Virus record (IMG/VR): IMGVR_UViG_3300042898_002099
Reading direction: 5' to 3' (one strand)
DNA: 64,000 nucleotides
Origin: a virus
Shown: piece by piece, positions 10,077-19,144 of the stretch
Numbering within the stretch: the first letter of the stretch is position 1
How the letters are laid out: every line of letters starts with the position of its first letter
Made by a program: the position numbers and the translations under genes
The notes under the pieces: model-generated
Seen by the model: the letters and a program-made list of their open reading frames with translations, nothing else
Database searches by the model: none
What the model was told of the DNA's origin: nothing

Positions 10077-10670
10077 TTATTTCCAGCGTGGGCCGTGTAC
10101 CCAACCTACGAGTGCTTTACGTTGGCCTTTGGTAATGTGTTTTACATCATGTAATGTGTATGAGGGAAAGAAAGCAATAGTCCCTTTTGTTTGCGGAATA
10201 GCAAACGGAGTCTGCGATGTGTGCAAACGAGTTTCGCCACCTTCGTATTCTGATGGGTCGGTTAATTGCAATGAAAAACTTAATTTTCTTGGGTACTGAC
10301 CTGGACCTTGATAATGATGATCTACGTGTGCGTCATAGAAATCACCTTCATTGTAAACTGAATACTGAAGACCTTCGATGTTATGTAATTCAAACCCAAA
10401 CCATTTTTCATTTGCGGCTAGTACAACGTCTGTCAATTTTCTATATAACCAAGCATTTTCCTCGTTACCGGGAATCCATGCAATTTTTGTACTGCGAATA
10501 GTAGGATCTACTCTACCTTGTTCACCTGGACCTCCGCCGACATATGCCTGATCCAATCCCGCTTTTTCGCCAGCTGCAATAATGCCATTTATCATATCCT
10601 CATCAAATACGCCGTCATAATAACAAAACGCATTTACTGTATGTGTTGTTAGTTGCCATCCTAGTGTCAT
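10077..10670 (-). CDS. 2OG-Fe(II) oxygenase (prolyl-4-hydroxylase-like)
   Basis: YDAHVD (HxD), RKLSFSLQL, YEGG, FPSYTLHDV, G.RKALVGW. Confidence 0.9.
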   Translation of the reverse strand: MTLGWQLTTHTVNAFCYYDGVFDEDMINGIIAAGEKAGLDQAYVGGGPGEQGRVDPTIRSTKIAWIPGNEENAWLYRKLTDVVLAANEKWFGFELHNIEGLQYSVYNEGDFYDAHVDHHYQGPGQYPRKLSFSLQLTDPSEYEGGETRLHTSQTPFAIPQTKGTIAFFPSYTLHDVKHITKGQRKALVGWVHGPRWK

Positions 10671-10679
10671 AATATTCCT

Positions 10680-12395
10680 TTAAGTAGTAATTCTCGAAAA
10701 ATTCTGATGCTTTTCAAATTTAATAATACTTCTAAATTTATCAAAAAGCAAATCCCCTTTGTGACTAATAACGAATACATTAGTCTCTTCTCCTAATGTA
10801 TTTATTAAGTTCATCACGTAATCTGTGCCGTTAGCATCAAGAGATGAATCAAAAACCTCATCAAGTAACAGAAGGTTTGTGCTAGCACAATTCTTCATTT
10901 TAGCAATTGTTCTCCAGGTAAACAATAATGCCAAATCAATTCTTTGTTTTTCACCTTCACTAAATGAAGCATATGAAAATTCATCTCTGTGTCTAGATTT
11001 AATTGTCTCATTAAAGGTTTCATCCAATTCAAAGTGACAAAAGAAATCCATTGCAACAAGATATTTATTAACTAATTTATTGATGACAGGAAGATACTGC
11101 CTAATAATTTTAGTCTTAATACCTGTGTCTTTTAACAAAATACTCGCTATATCGAAATAGTGTTTATCCTCCGATAATTTGCTTTTTTCGCTGGCCGAAG
11201 CAACAACTTCTTTGGCCAACGCTTTAAGCTTCGTCTTTTCATCGTCAAGGTTTGCCGTATCATTAGTGTTGCTTGCCAGTTCCGTTTGCAATTTTTGTAT
11301 ATAACTCTGATTTGCAATAATTTTTGTATTGAGTTCGATAATGGTGTCGGTATGTTCAGAGATTTTCTTTTCGATATCAGCAATCGCATCAAGTCTAGTT
11401 TCAATATCTTGCAATTGTGTGGTAATGGTTTGAACTGCTGTCTCAACTTCTTCGAGTTTGTGTGTATGAAGTGAGATCGCTGAGTGTTTGTGATCTGTGT
11501 CAAGACCCTGGCTACACGTCGGACATACGTCATGTTCGTGGTAAAATTGTATGCTACTTTCTTGAGTCTTAATTCTCTCGGAAAGTTTTCGAAGGAGTTC
11601 TCCCATTTCAGTACGCTTGTTACGTTTCTCAGATGCGTCTGATATCGAGGATTTAAGATTACTTTCTTTTTGTTTTTGGTCAAGCACTCTGTCATTAAAC
11701 TGTGATATCTCTGTAGACGTTTCAGATATTCGTTTTTGTACATCATCTAATTTCTTTCTCTTGTCTTGCTCAAGTGTACCAATATACTGTTGTTGTATTT
11801 TAACCTTGCTTTTACCTAACTCAATAGCAGAATCAATTTCAGATATTTTAGTTTTAATGTCATTGACTTTATCTTTTAACACACTGTTCATTACAGTAAA
11901 GATTTGAATATCTAAAATGTCTTCAATAATTTCTCTACGATGTCCTAACGGCAATTGCATAAAAGGAGTAAAAGAAGCACTACCTAAAATTACAATTTGC
12001 GTAAACGACTTATAGTTTAATTTTAAAATACTATCTTCAAGATATTTCTGATAGTCTTTAGATGCCGCATCTTGGTTCAACAAAATACCCTGACAATGAA
12101 TTTCAAAAATGCCAGGTTTTATTCCCCGGACAATTTTATATTCTTTTTGCCCAATGTCAAATTCAATTTCAACTTGTAGGTTTTTACCGTTAATGCTATT
12201 CATTAACTGGGGTTTATTGATGCTTCTAAATGGTTTGTTAAATAGGCAAAAACAAATAGCATCAAGTATGGTACTTTTACCAGCACCATTCTCGCCTACA
12301 ATAAGTGTTGTGGATGTTTTATCTAATTTTACTTCTGTAAATTGACCACCCGTAGATAAAAAATTCTTCCACCTTACAGCTTTAAATCTTATCAT
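10680..12395 (-). CDS. gp46: recombination endonuclease ATPase subunit (Rad50/SbcC-like)
   Basis: KNFLSTG, GENGAGKST, zinc hook CPTC, FSEGEKQRIDLA, LLDEVFD. Confidence 0.96.
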   Translation of the reverse strand: MIRFKAVRWKNFLSTGGQFTEVKLDKTSTTLIVGENGAGKSTILDAICFCLFNKPFRSINKPQLMNSINGKNLQVEIEFDIGQKEYKIVRGIKPGIFEIHCQGILLNQDAASKDYQKYLEDSILKLNYKSFTQIVILGSASFTPFMQLPLGHRREIIEDILDIQIFTVMNSVLKDKVNDIKTKISEIDSAIELGKSKVKIQQQYIGTLEQDKRKKLDDVQKRISETSTEISQFNDRVLDQKQKESNLKSSISDASEKRNKRTEMGELLRKLSERIKTQESSIQFYHEHDVCPTCSQGLDTDHKHSAISLHTHKLEEVETAVQTITTQLQDIETRLDAIADIEKKISEHTDTIIELNTKIIANQSYIQKLQTELASNTNDTANLDDEKTKLKALAKEVVASASEKSKLSEDKHYFDIASILLKDTGIKTKIIRQYLPVINKLVNKYLVAMDFFCHFELDETFNETIKSRHRDEFSYASFSEGEKQRIDLALLFTWRTIAKMKNCASTNLLLLDEVFDSSLDANGTDYVMNLINTLGEETNVFVISHKGDLLFDKFRSIIKFEKHQNFSRITT

Positions 12396-13480
12396 ACTTC
12401 CTCATAATGTTGTGCTTCTACATATAGCGTTTTTAAAATACCCTTGAGACGATCTTTATCAGAATCAGTATCAACGCTGTCTACATAGTTAGATAATAAT
12501 GTCATTGTGTCTTCTAAGTCAATAGATTCATCTAGAGCTTCAGATTCAAACTCTGAAAAGTCCTCAATAATTTTCAATTCTATTGGGTTCTGTTTATATA
12601 TTGATTCTATGAATCCGTCAAACTTAACAAAATCTTTTTTGTTAACTACAATAATTTTTATTAGCTTAGATGCAAATCTAGTAATATCAATTTTTGTTAT
12701 ATCTTCTTTTTCATCATCGTAATAATACTTCTCAAATATTGTAAAAGGATTTTTAACAAATTCTAATTCTTTAGTTTCAGTATCAAAGATATGAAACCCT
12801 CGGTCATCGTCAAAATCATTCCAGAATAATTGATATGGATTGCCCAAATATTGAACATTGCCTTTACCGTGTTTGTGATGGAAATGCCCAGAACAAACTA
12901 GATCAAAGTTCTTGAAAATACTAGGATCCATGCCTGAGTGATCTAGATGTGCATCTTGACCTTTGAACATTACAAATCCGGACAATTCCAAATGACCAAA
13001 ACATATTTTTGCTTTAGTATTTTTAATCATGTCAGATGCTTCTTGAAAATTATCTGTACATAACCAAGGTATCATTAAAATACTAGTACCATCGAAATCT
13101 AATTCAGTAGGTTTATCCCAGGCATTGATATTTGTATACTCACCCAATAACAAATCTGGTGAGTTTACATCATTAGTATTCTTAAAAAATGTATCATGAT
13201 TGCCCACAATCATATCCATTTTAATATTACGAGTTTTTATTTCCTCAAAGAAATAATTCTTGCAAGACTTTAACGAATTAAAATTAATATATTTTCTGCG
13301 ATCAAAACAATCACCTAAGTGTATTACATTAGTAATGCCTCTTTTATCTAGTTCAGGAAAGAATATTTCACTATAGAATTTTTTAAAAAATGCATCAAAT
13401 GGTTGAGAGTCTGATCTTGCCCCAAAATGCGTATCAGTTACTAGCGCTATCTTCATCAATATACTCCCATGTAGAATCAC
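12392..13480 (-). CDS. gp47: recombination endonuclease nuclease subunit (Mre11/SbcD-like; probable start MKIALV)
   Basis: TDTHFGAR, HLGDCFDRR, VGNHD, GHLEL, SGHFH. Confidence 0.95.
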   Translation of the reverse strand: MILHGSILMKIALVTDTHFGARSDSQPFDAFFKKFYSEIFFPELDKRGITNVIHLGDCFDRRKYINFNSLKSCKNYFFEEIKTRNIKMDMIVGNHDTFFKNTNDVNSPDLLLGEYTNINAWDKPTELDFDGTSILMIPWLCTDNFQEASDMIKNTKAKICFGHLELSGFVMFKGQDAHLDHSGMDPSIFKNFDLVCSGHFHHKHGKGNVQYLGNPYQLFWNDFDDDRGFHIFDTETKELEFVKNPFTIFEKYYYDDEKEDITKIDITRFASKLIKIIVVNKKDFVKFDGFIESIYKQNPIELKIIEDFSEFESEALDESIDLEDTMTLLSNYVDSVDTDSDKDRLKGILKTLYVEAQHYEEV

Positions 13481-13916
13481 CCTTCTTTTGAACCGATGCT
13501 ACAAATTTGTAGTAATACGGAGGCCCTGCACACCAAGTTATAGGACTAATAGAGCTTAATATATTTTTATTTTTTATACTATCAAAATATAAAAAATACG
13601 GTTTACTATGTGTAACAATCATCCCAAATTCCGCACCGTGTACTAGTTCAGTTGCGTCTAGTCTATCAACAAGTTGTTTAGCTTGCTCTTGTAGAATATG
13701 TACCATTTCCATGATACGTTCATATTCTTGTTTGGCATGTTCTTTTGCAACATTTAAAGCAATGTCTTTTTCTTTTTCAATTTGAACAGGTGCAAAAAAT
13801 CCCGCACCTACTTCTACTGGATACTCACTTGAATTGCGATTAATAAAGGCAACTACTTGTCCATCAATAATAACATCTTTACTATTACGACCTTTTAAAA
13901 CATTACTTTCTTTCAT
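13434..13916 (-). CDS. DUF2452-like hypothetical protein
   Basis: YPVEVGAGFF.P, AKQEYERIME, C-terminal GDSTW. Confidence 0.55.
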   Translation of the reverse strand: MKESNVLKGRNSKDVIIDGQVVAFINRNSSEYPVEVGAGFFAPVQIEKEKDIALNVAKEHAKQEYERIMEMVHILQEQAKQLVDRLDATELVHGAEFGMIVTHSKPYFLYFDSIKNKNILSSISPITWCAGPPYYYKFVASVQKKGDSTWEYIDEDSASN

Positions 13917-14364
13917 ATTTTCCTTCTAAGTATTTTTCATTTTCTACCCATTTGCTGTCAACCAAGAAACCCCATTCTCTTGTTTGCTTACCAGGCATAA
14001 ACAATGTCCAACATTCGATATCTGGATCTAATTCTATACGATGATATGAAGTAGCGCTACAAGTTCTAAAATGACCAGGTTTTCTCCAACGAGCAATTTC
14101 ACTAATTTTTTTATTATTAGAATCAAAGATAGGTACCCACTCGTAGTATCCACCTTTAAGTATTATTGTTGCATATGGCCAGGGATGATCATGAACATCA
14201 TCAGGATCACCCTTTAAAAATTTATGCAGGAAGATATTAAACGGAAACTTTTTTCTATCTTTGAGGAAAAGATAATAGCGTTCGAGATATGGTTCGTTAT
14301 TTACACGATCCATAATAATTCTTTTTCTGTCTAATTTTTCTAAAATATTCAAAAACCACTTCAT
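13903..14364 (-). CDS. cupin-like phage protein
   Basis: PYLERY, LHKF..D.DDVHDHPW, GGYYE, YHRIEL, WTLF..G...REWGF. Confidence 0.65.
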   Translation of the reverse strand: MKWFLNILEKLDRKRIIMDRVNNEPYLERYYLFLKDRKKFPFNIFLHKFLKGDPDDVHDHPWPYATIILKGGYYEWVPIFDSNNKKISEIARWRKPGHFRTCSATSYHRIELDPDIECWTLFMPGKQTREWGFLVDSKWVENEKYLEGKYERK

Positions 14365-14379
14365 ATTAAATCCTACTAT

Positions 14380-14571
14380 TTACCAATGATGTATTACATT
14401 TATAATAATGAATAAGCACGTTACTATATGTATTGCTACCCAGAATGTTTTTAGGAATAATGCAATTTTTGCTTCTCGTAATGTAAGGATAGGAACATCT
14501 GGTCTATCATCATCGGTATTGCCCATCAGATGACCAGTTGCTCTTGCCCAGATTTTTTCTAAACTATTCAT
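14380..14571 (-). CDS. small membrane protein
   Basis: 63 aa with C-terminal hydrophobic helix; in operon. Confidence 0.65.
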   Translation of the reverse strand: MNSLEKIWARATGHLMGNTDDDRPDVPILTLREAKIALFLKTFWVAIHIVTCLFIIINVIHHW

Positions 14572-14740
14572 TAGAATCTTTTTTTATCCACGGGGGTATA
14601 TGGGCTAATGCCATTACTAGCCACATTAATGGCATCTCTAAGTGTAGTCCGCCGCAATGACTTGGGTTTGAGTAAGATACTGCGGCTAATATAACGCATA
14701 GTGGCGTTATTGACTTGTTCAATATTTGTAACATTAACAT
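14564..14740 (-). CDS. small membrane protein, 58 aa (below ORF-track cutoff)
   Basis: Hand translation MLMLQILNKSITPLCVILAAVSYSNPSHCGGLHLEMPLMWLVMALAHIPPWIKKDSNE*; fills the gap between neighbours; two hydrophobic stretches. Confidence 0.6.
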   Translation of the reverse strand: MLMLQILNKSITPLCVILAAVSYSNPSHCGGLHLEMPLMWLVMALAHIPPWIKKDSNE

Positions 14741-14749
14741 TCTTTATTA

Positions 14750-15439
14750 TTATTTCCTGTCACCAAACAGTTGCAATAGGTTAATAAACAAGTTAATGAA
14801 GTCCATGTATAAAGTTAATGCTCCACGCACCTCTGCGCTATCGCTAGTTTCTATACTAAGTTCTTCACGAATCTTTTGTGTGTCGTATGCTGTTAGTCCC
14901 AAAAATATAATAATTGCCAATGCGCTAATAACCATTTGCATTACAGTGCTACCGATAAAAATATTGACTATACTAGCAATAATGATAGCAATTAATCCAA
15001 CAAACATAAATTTGCCAAGACTATCTAGACTTTGTTTAGTAAAGTAACCATAGCCACTCATAACACCGAATAGGATTGCTGCACCCATAAAAGCACTGAC
15101 AATACTACCCATAGTAAACACAGCAAAGATCATTGCAAAGCTCAATCCCATTAATGCCGCAAAACCATGTAGACATAACTGGGCTACACCTTTGCTAGGA
15201 TTTCTACCTAACACATAGCTAACACCAAAGATCGCTACCAGAGGTGAAAAGATTACAATCCACTTTAGTATACCCGTAAAAAAGAATTGTAGTAACTCTG
15301 GGTTAGTGCCCACAAAATAACTAATAAACATTGATACCATAACAGCAAGACTCATATGTCCGTAGACACGGCCCATTGCTGAGTTAATTTCACTTGCAGA
15401 ACGATATGTCATTCCGCCTGTATAGTTTGTTCCAAACAT
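14750..15439 (-). CDS. Bax inhibitor-1/YccA family membrane protein
   Basis: About 7 TM helices; FLGLTAYDTQKIR and GALTLYMDFINLF signatures. Confidence 0.92.
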   Translation of the reverse strand: MFGTNYTGGMTYRSASEINSAMGRVYGHMSLAVMVSMFISYFVGTNPELLQFFFTGILKWIVIFSPLVAIFGVSYVLGRNPSKGVAQLCLHGFAALMGLSFAMIFAVFTMGSIVSAFMGAAILFGVMSGYGYFTKQSLDSLGKFMFVGLIAIIIASIVNIFIGSTVMQMVISALAIIIFLGLTAYDTQKIREELSIETSDSAEVRGALTLYMDFINLFINLLQLFGDRK

Positions 15440-15452
15440 TTTGTTTGTTCCT

Positions 15453-16037
15453 TTAAATATCTTTTAATAAAAATCCCAATCTATCTCCTGCAGGGCTAGA
15501 GTAAAACTCGTCACGCCAAACAGGTATAATAGTATTGGCATTGTGATTAACAAAATCATCATTGTATCTAAAATGCACTTCAATAATACGGTCACCTATT
15601 ACTTCTACATTGAACCAGGGATATCGATCTGCAACAGTTTGCAGTATCTCTGGCAATTTAAAGTCCATATCAATTTTTGTCCAACGACTAAATCTATCTA
15701 GGCGCATTGGATCATTTCTAAATCCCTCAACCGCTAGCGTTTGTTTGCCCCAATGGTAATCAAAACTTAAATGACGACCAGTAAACACCTCACACCAGAA
15801 ATAACCATCTGGAATTGAATCTGAATCTAGGTATTGTATTGTTGCGCCTACTGACATCATTTTTAGATTTACAATAGGGCGCACCACATACTTACCCGGA
15901 ACAGTGGGTGCTATACCTGCAGGACCACATTCATATCCTAACTTCTTTGATAGAATTAATTTATCTATACACCAAAGATCATCTAAGGATATACTGTCAA
16001 ATACATCTATATCACCAATCTGAAGTACAGCTGTCAT
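15453..16037 (-). CDS. hypothetical protein, possible truncated ATP-grasp fold
   Basis: DKLILSKKLGY, YVVRP, WCEVFTGRHLSFD, NVEVIGDRIIEVHFR resemble ATP-grasp elements. Confidence 0.45.
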   Translation of the reverse strand: MTAVLQIGDIDVFDSISLDDLWCIDKLILSKKLGYECGPAGIAPTVPGKYVVRPIVNLKMMSVGATIQYLDSDSIPDGYFWCEVFTGRHLSFDYHWGKQTLAVEGFRNDPMRLDRFSRWTKIDMDFKLPEILQTVADRYPWFNVEVIGDRIIEVHFRYNDDFVNHNANTIIPVWRDEFYSSPAGDRLGFLLKDI

Positions 16038-16044
16038 TTATAAA

Positions 16045-16521
16045 TTATTCAAATTCGTTATCTTCTCTGTGACCGACTCTCATTGCCATGTTTGCATCTG
16101 TTTCTCGTACTTCAACCTTACTGCACCAGACTCGTTCTGCTTCGGCTTTGCCATACATTGGGAGAAAGATAGTATTAATATACTCATAAAGAAAATCAGA
16201 AATCCCCTCACAACCTGTCTTCTCCACTTCTGTAATTTTTGCTAATTTTAATCTGCCTAATTCAAGCAAATGTTCTCGCATAGGATCATCCTGTGCGACT
16301 AATAGAGTATGGTCAAACCAATCCTCTAATTTTTCTTTTAATGGTTTAAGTCCACCAAAATCCATACACCAATTACGAGCATCCAATGTGTCACATTCAA
16401 ATTCAAAATGAAATGATAGTGCATATCCATGAACTAGATTACAATGACTATCAGCTCTCCATTGTCTGTATGCTACGGGACCTATTTGTTTATATGTTTT
16501 TGTTGAGATATATTTTGCCAT
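16045..16521 (-). CDS. queD: 6-carboxy-5,6,7,8-tetrahydropterin synthase
   Basis: SHCNLVHGY (CxxxHG), MDFGGLK, FDHTLL, GCE, VEVRET. Confidence 0.9.
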   Translation of the reverse strand: MAKYISTKTYKQIGPVAYRQWRADSHCNLVHGYALSFHFEFECDTLDARNWCMDFGGLKPLKEKLEDWFDHTLLVAQDDPMREHLLELGRLKLAKITEVEKTGCEGISDFLYEYINTIFLPMYGKAEAERVWCSKVEVRETDANMAMRVGHREDNEFE

Positions 16522-16590
16522 CTCTTGCCTCTCTGAGTAAGTTTGATGGCATGCAGAATATTTAGAGAGGGGTGAATGCCGGAGACCTCT
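16522..16590 (-). ncRNA. candidate cis-regulatory RNA (pseudoknot, riboswitch-like) in the queD leader
   Basis: AGAGG-UCUCCGGCAUUCACC-CCUCU-CUAAAUAUUCUGC-AUGCC; P1 AGAGG/CCUCU, P2 GGCAU/AUGCC; CCUCUCU can alternatively pair with RBS-region AGAGAGG. Confidence 0.4.
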
Positions 16591-17641
16591 TTGTCATTTT
16601 CTGAAAAGCCCTAGAATCATACCAATCGAATAAATCTTCGATAATTTTATCTAAGTTACATTCCGGCTTCCAAGAAGTTTCAGATTGTAATTTTTCAGAA
16701 TTTGCAATTAATATTGCAGGATCACCATTACGGCGAGGTGCAACATTGAAAACAATGCCGTTGTTAATTCTTTCTTGATCTATTAAAAAGGTTTCTGTTT
16801 TAACAAATACTTCAAGATTAGAATATCCTTTGACTGAACCTATATTATATATGCCTTTGATATTATTCTCAATAGCTAAGATGTGTGCTTTGGCAATATC
16901 CGTGACATGAATATAATCTCTGATACAGGTTTTATCTTTTGTCGGATAATCTATACCATACATTGTAAATGGTTCATCGTTTAGCGCTGCTTCAAAAATT
17001 TTAGCAAAAATATGAGTAGCATTTGGTTCTTGACCGTGTGTGCCACCTTCAACCGCACCGCAAGCATTGAAATATCTAAATGATACATACTGCAAACCAT
17101 ATGCCTTATTGTGCCAATTAAGCATCATCTCAGTCATTAGTTTGGATTCACCATATGGCGATATTGGATTAGTATCTGATTTTTCAAATAGCATATGACT
17201 TTTTTCAGGGTCGCCATACACCGAAGCACTGCTACTAAAAATGAATTTTGTACCTGGAGAATATTTGGTAATATATTCCAAATACTTTGCAGTTTTAGCA
17301 ACATTATTTTCATAATATTCTATTGGGTCAGACATGCTTGGGCCAACCAAACTAGTACCAGCACAATGAATAATTGCATCAGGTATATTATCAGCTATAC
17401 AGTTTAATGATTTAGTATCAATAAAATCGCATTGAATGAATTCATCATAGTATGATTCTAAGTGAGAACTAACCCGCCTGTCGACACCAACTACTCTATA
17501 GCCTTGTTTCTTAAGTTCAATACAAATAGCGCCACCGATATAACCGGCGGCACCTGTGACTATAACTGTTTTAATATTTTGCTGCTGGGACATGATCTCT
17601 GTAATCCTTACCACCTCGCCACCAATGTGATCCTTCGGCAT
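16562..17641 (-). CDS. galE: UDP-glucose 4-epimerase (probable start near 17593)
   Basis: VTGAAGYIG, IHCAGTSLVGPS, FSSSASVYG, SPYGESK (YxxxK), RYFNACGA, CIRDYIHV. Confidence 0.9.
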   Translation of the reverse strand: MPKDHIGGEVVRITEIMSQQQNIKTVIVTGAAGYIGGAICIELKKQGYRVVGVDRRVSSHLESYYDEFIQCDFIDTKSLNCIADNIPDAIIHCAGTSLVGPSMSDPIEYYENNVAKTAKYLEYITKYSPGTKFIFSSSASVYGDPEKSHMLFEKSDTNPISPYGESKLMTEMMLNWHNKAYGLQYVSFRYFNACGAVEGGTHGQEPNATHIFAKIFEAALNDEPFTMYGIDYPTKDKTCIRDYIHVTDIAKAHILAIENNIKGIYNIGSVKGYSNLEVFVKTETFLIDQERINNGIVFNVAPRRNGDPAILIANSEKLQSETSWKPECNLDKIIEDLFDWYDSRAFQKMTKRSPAFTPL

Positions 17642-18749
17642 TGAACATAATATCTATACAACGATCAATAGTATTAGATGTCCAAGTAGCTAATTTGCCT
17701 AGATTGGCTCGCTCTTGAAACAATAAACTATTTAGTTTAAACACTGCATCATCTTGTGACCATGGAATGTAAAGACATTCACGATCATTGGCAAATGTTT
17801 CAGGGAATGATCTATACGCAGGGTACAAACAATTTGTACCTAGTGCATCTGCTTCTGATGCCGTATTACTTACCCAATCTTGTAATGCACAATTAAATAA
17901 TACTCGGGAATCACCTAACAACTCATAGTATTCATTCTTTTTAAGATTCTCATAGATTTTAAAATTATGAGTCTTTTCCAATGCTCGCGCGCGATCCAAA
18001 TACTTTTGATTGTTACTACGTAAAGGACCGCCTGATAAAACAGCAAATTCTACAGCAGGATTAAGTGTATGGTATCTTTCAATTAGATCCATAAAGAAAT
18101 CAGGTTGTTTTTCTTGATCGAATCTTGCCGCAAACACTACACGAAGTTTGCGCTCATTAAAAGGAATCTGTTTCACTACACGACTGCGAACTTCATCTTT
18201 GTCAAATGCCAAACCAGAGATATTAAAGATTGGTGCTTCCCAACCTGCAATTTTCATATGAGCAACCATCTCTTCGTTAGATGCAAGTACACCTGTAACA
18301 AATTGGTCTGTCATTTTCTCATATAGACCCATCCACTTCTGCATATCCCATACGTGAACGAAATCATCTGGATCAATAGATTGTGCAAGGCAACGAACAA
18401 ATATTCGAGGCTGATACTCATAACTTACTTGATCCATAATATAAGGCAATGCCTCAATACCAGGAGTAAACATATCTTCAAAAAAGATTGTATCTTCGTA
18501 TGTAATTTCACCAGCTTTCATCTTCTTAATAAGATTAGCCATCTGTGTCAGCGAATAATAACTACGACCGTGTGCATCAAGCACTTGTCCTGTTACAATT
18601 GCTTTAGAGTCATCTAAAATATCACCATGAATTACTTCATAATCAATACCTCGGCGCTTAAATGCTGCCTCACTCCAATGCTGAAGCTGCAAGGTATAAC
18701 GACCTTCATACGGCTCCAAACCCATATAATATAATTTTCCCATTATCAA
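17571..18749 (-). CDS. GT-B fold glycosyltransferase (GT4-like)
   Basis: VVFAARFDQEKQPDFF, YYELLGDSRVLFNCALQD...EADALG..LYP...FPE. Confidence 0.75.
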   Translation of the reverse strand: MIMGKLYYMGLEPYEGRYTLQLQHWSEAAFKRRGIDYEVIHGDILDDSKAIVTGQVLDAHGRSYYSLTQMANLIKKMKAGEITYEDTIFFEDMFTPGIEALPYIMDQVSYEYQPRIFVRCLAQSIDPDDFVHVWDMQKWMGLYEKMTDQFVTGVLASNEEMVAHMKIAGWEAPIFNISGLAFDKDEVRSRVVKQIPFNERKLRVVFAARFDQEKQPDFFMDLIERYHTLNPAVEFAVLSGGPLRSNNQKYLDRARALEKTHNFKIYENLKKNEYYELLGDSRVLFNCALQDWVSNTASEADALGTNCLYPAYRSFPETFANDRECLYIPWSQDDAVFKLNSLLFQERANLGKLATWTSNTIDRCIDIMFNAEGSHWWRGGKDYRDHVPAAKY

Positions 18750-19144
18750 TCCCTAGTAAAATACATTCTGCAACCGTTTTCGCCATCTTCTGAGACTTCG
18801 ATTACATAATCTCGATCAGGCCACTGAGCAATTAATTTTGCGTGTAAATCTTTAGCAATCATCTCACAAGATTTGTGATTCAATTGCAATGTGTCTTCAT
18901 TATACCAGCGTTCAATAGTACGCTTTGCTTGTATAAATTCAACATCCCTATCATCATGAAACACTTCCATCTCAACACGGAAATGAAAAATGTGTCTATG
19001 CAAGTCTGCAAGGAAAGACACATCTAGCCAATGATCATCTGGTTTACCAAAACGCTTTGTTGCTAATTTCGGATCCGTTGCCGCTGCTGGGTAACGATGA
19101 ATACCTTCCTTCTGAAAGGTAACAAAAATAAAACTCTTGTTCAT
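18746..19144 (-). CDS. QueD-paralogous T-fold protein, DpdL-like
   Basis: EGIH, LADLHRHIFHF (LxxxHRHxF), RDVEFI, SCEMIA, IEVSEDGENG; directly downstream of dpdA. Confidence 0.65.
   Translation of the reverse strand: MNKSFIFVTFQKEGIHRYPAAATDPKLATKRFGKPDDHWLDVSFLADLHRHIFHFRVEMEVFHDDRDVEFIQAKRTIERWYNEDTLQLNHKSCEMIAKDLHAKLIAQWPDRDYVIEVSEDGENGCRMYFTRD

Noticed and set aside
10077-10670. 2OG-Fe(II) oxygenase as a TET/JBP base hydroxylase feeding the glycosyltransferases
   Set aside because: Motifs match the common P4H-like phage family and the gene lies outside the modification cluster
16522-16590. Calling the queD leader a canonical preQ1-I riboswitch
   Set aside because: Lacks the A-rich tail and has a longer loop; kept only as a candidate variant
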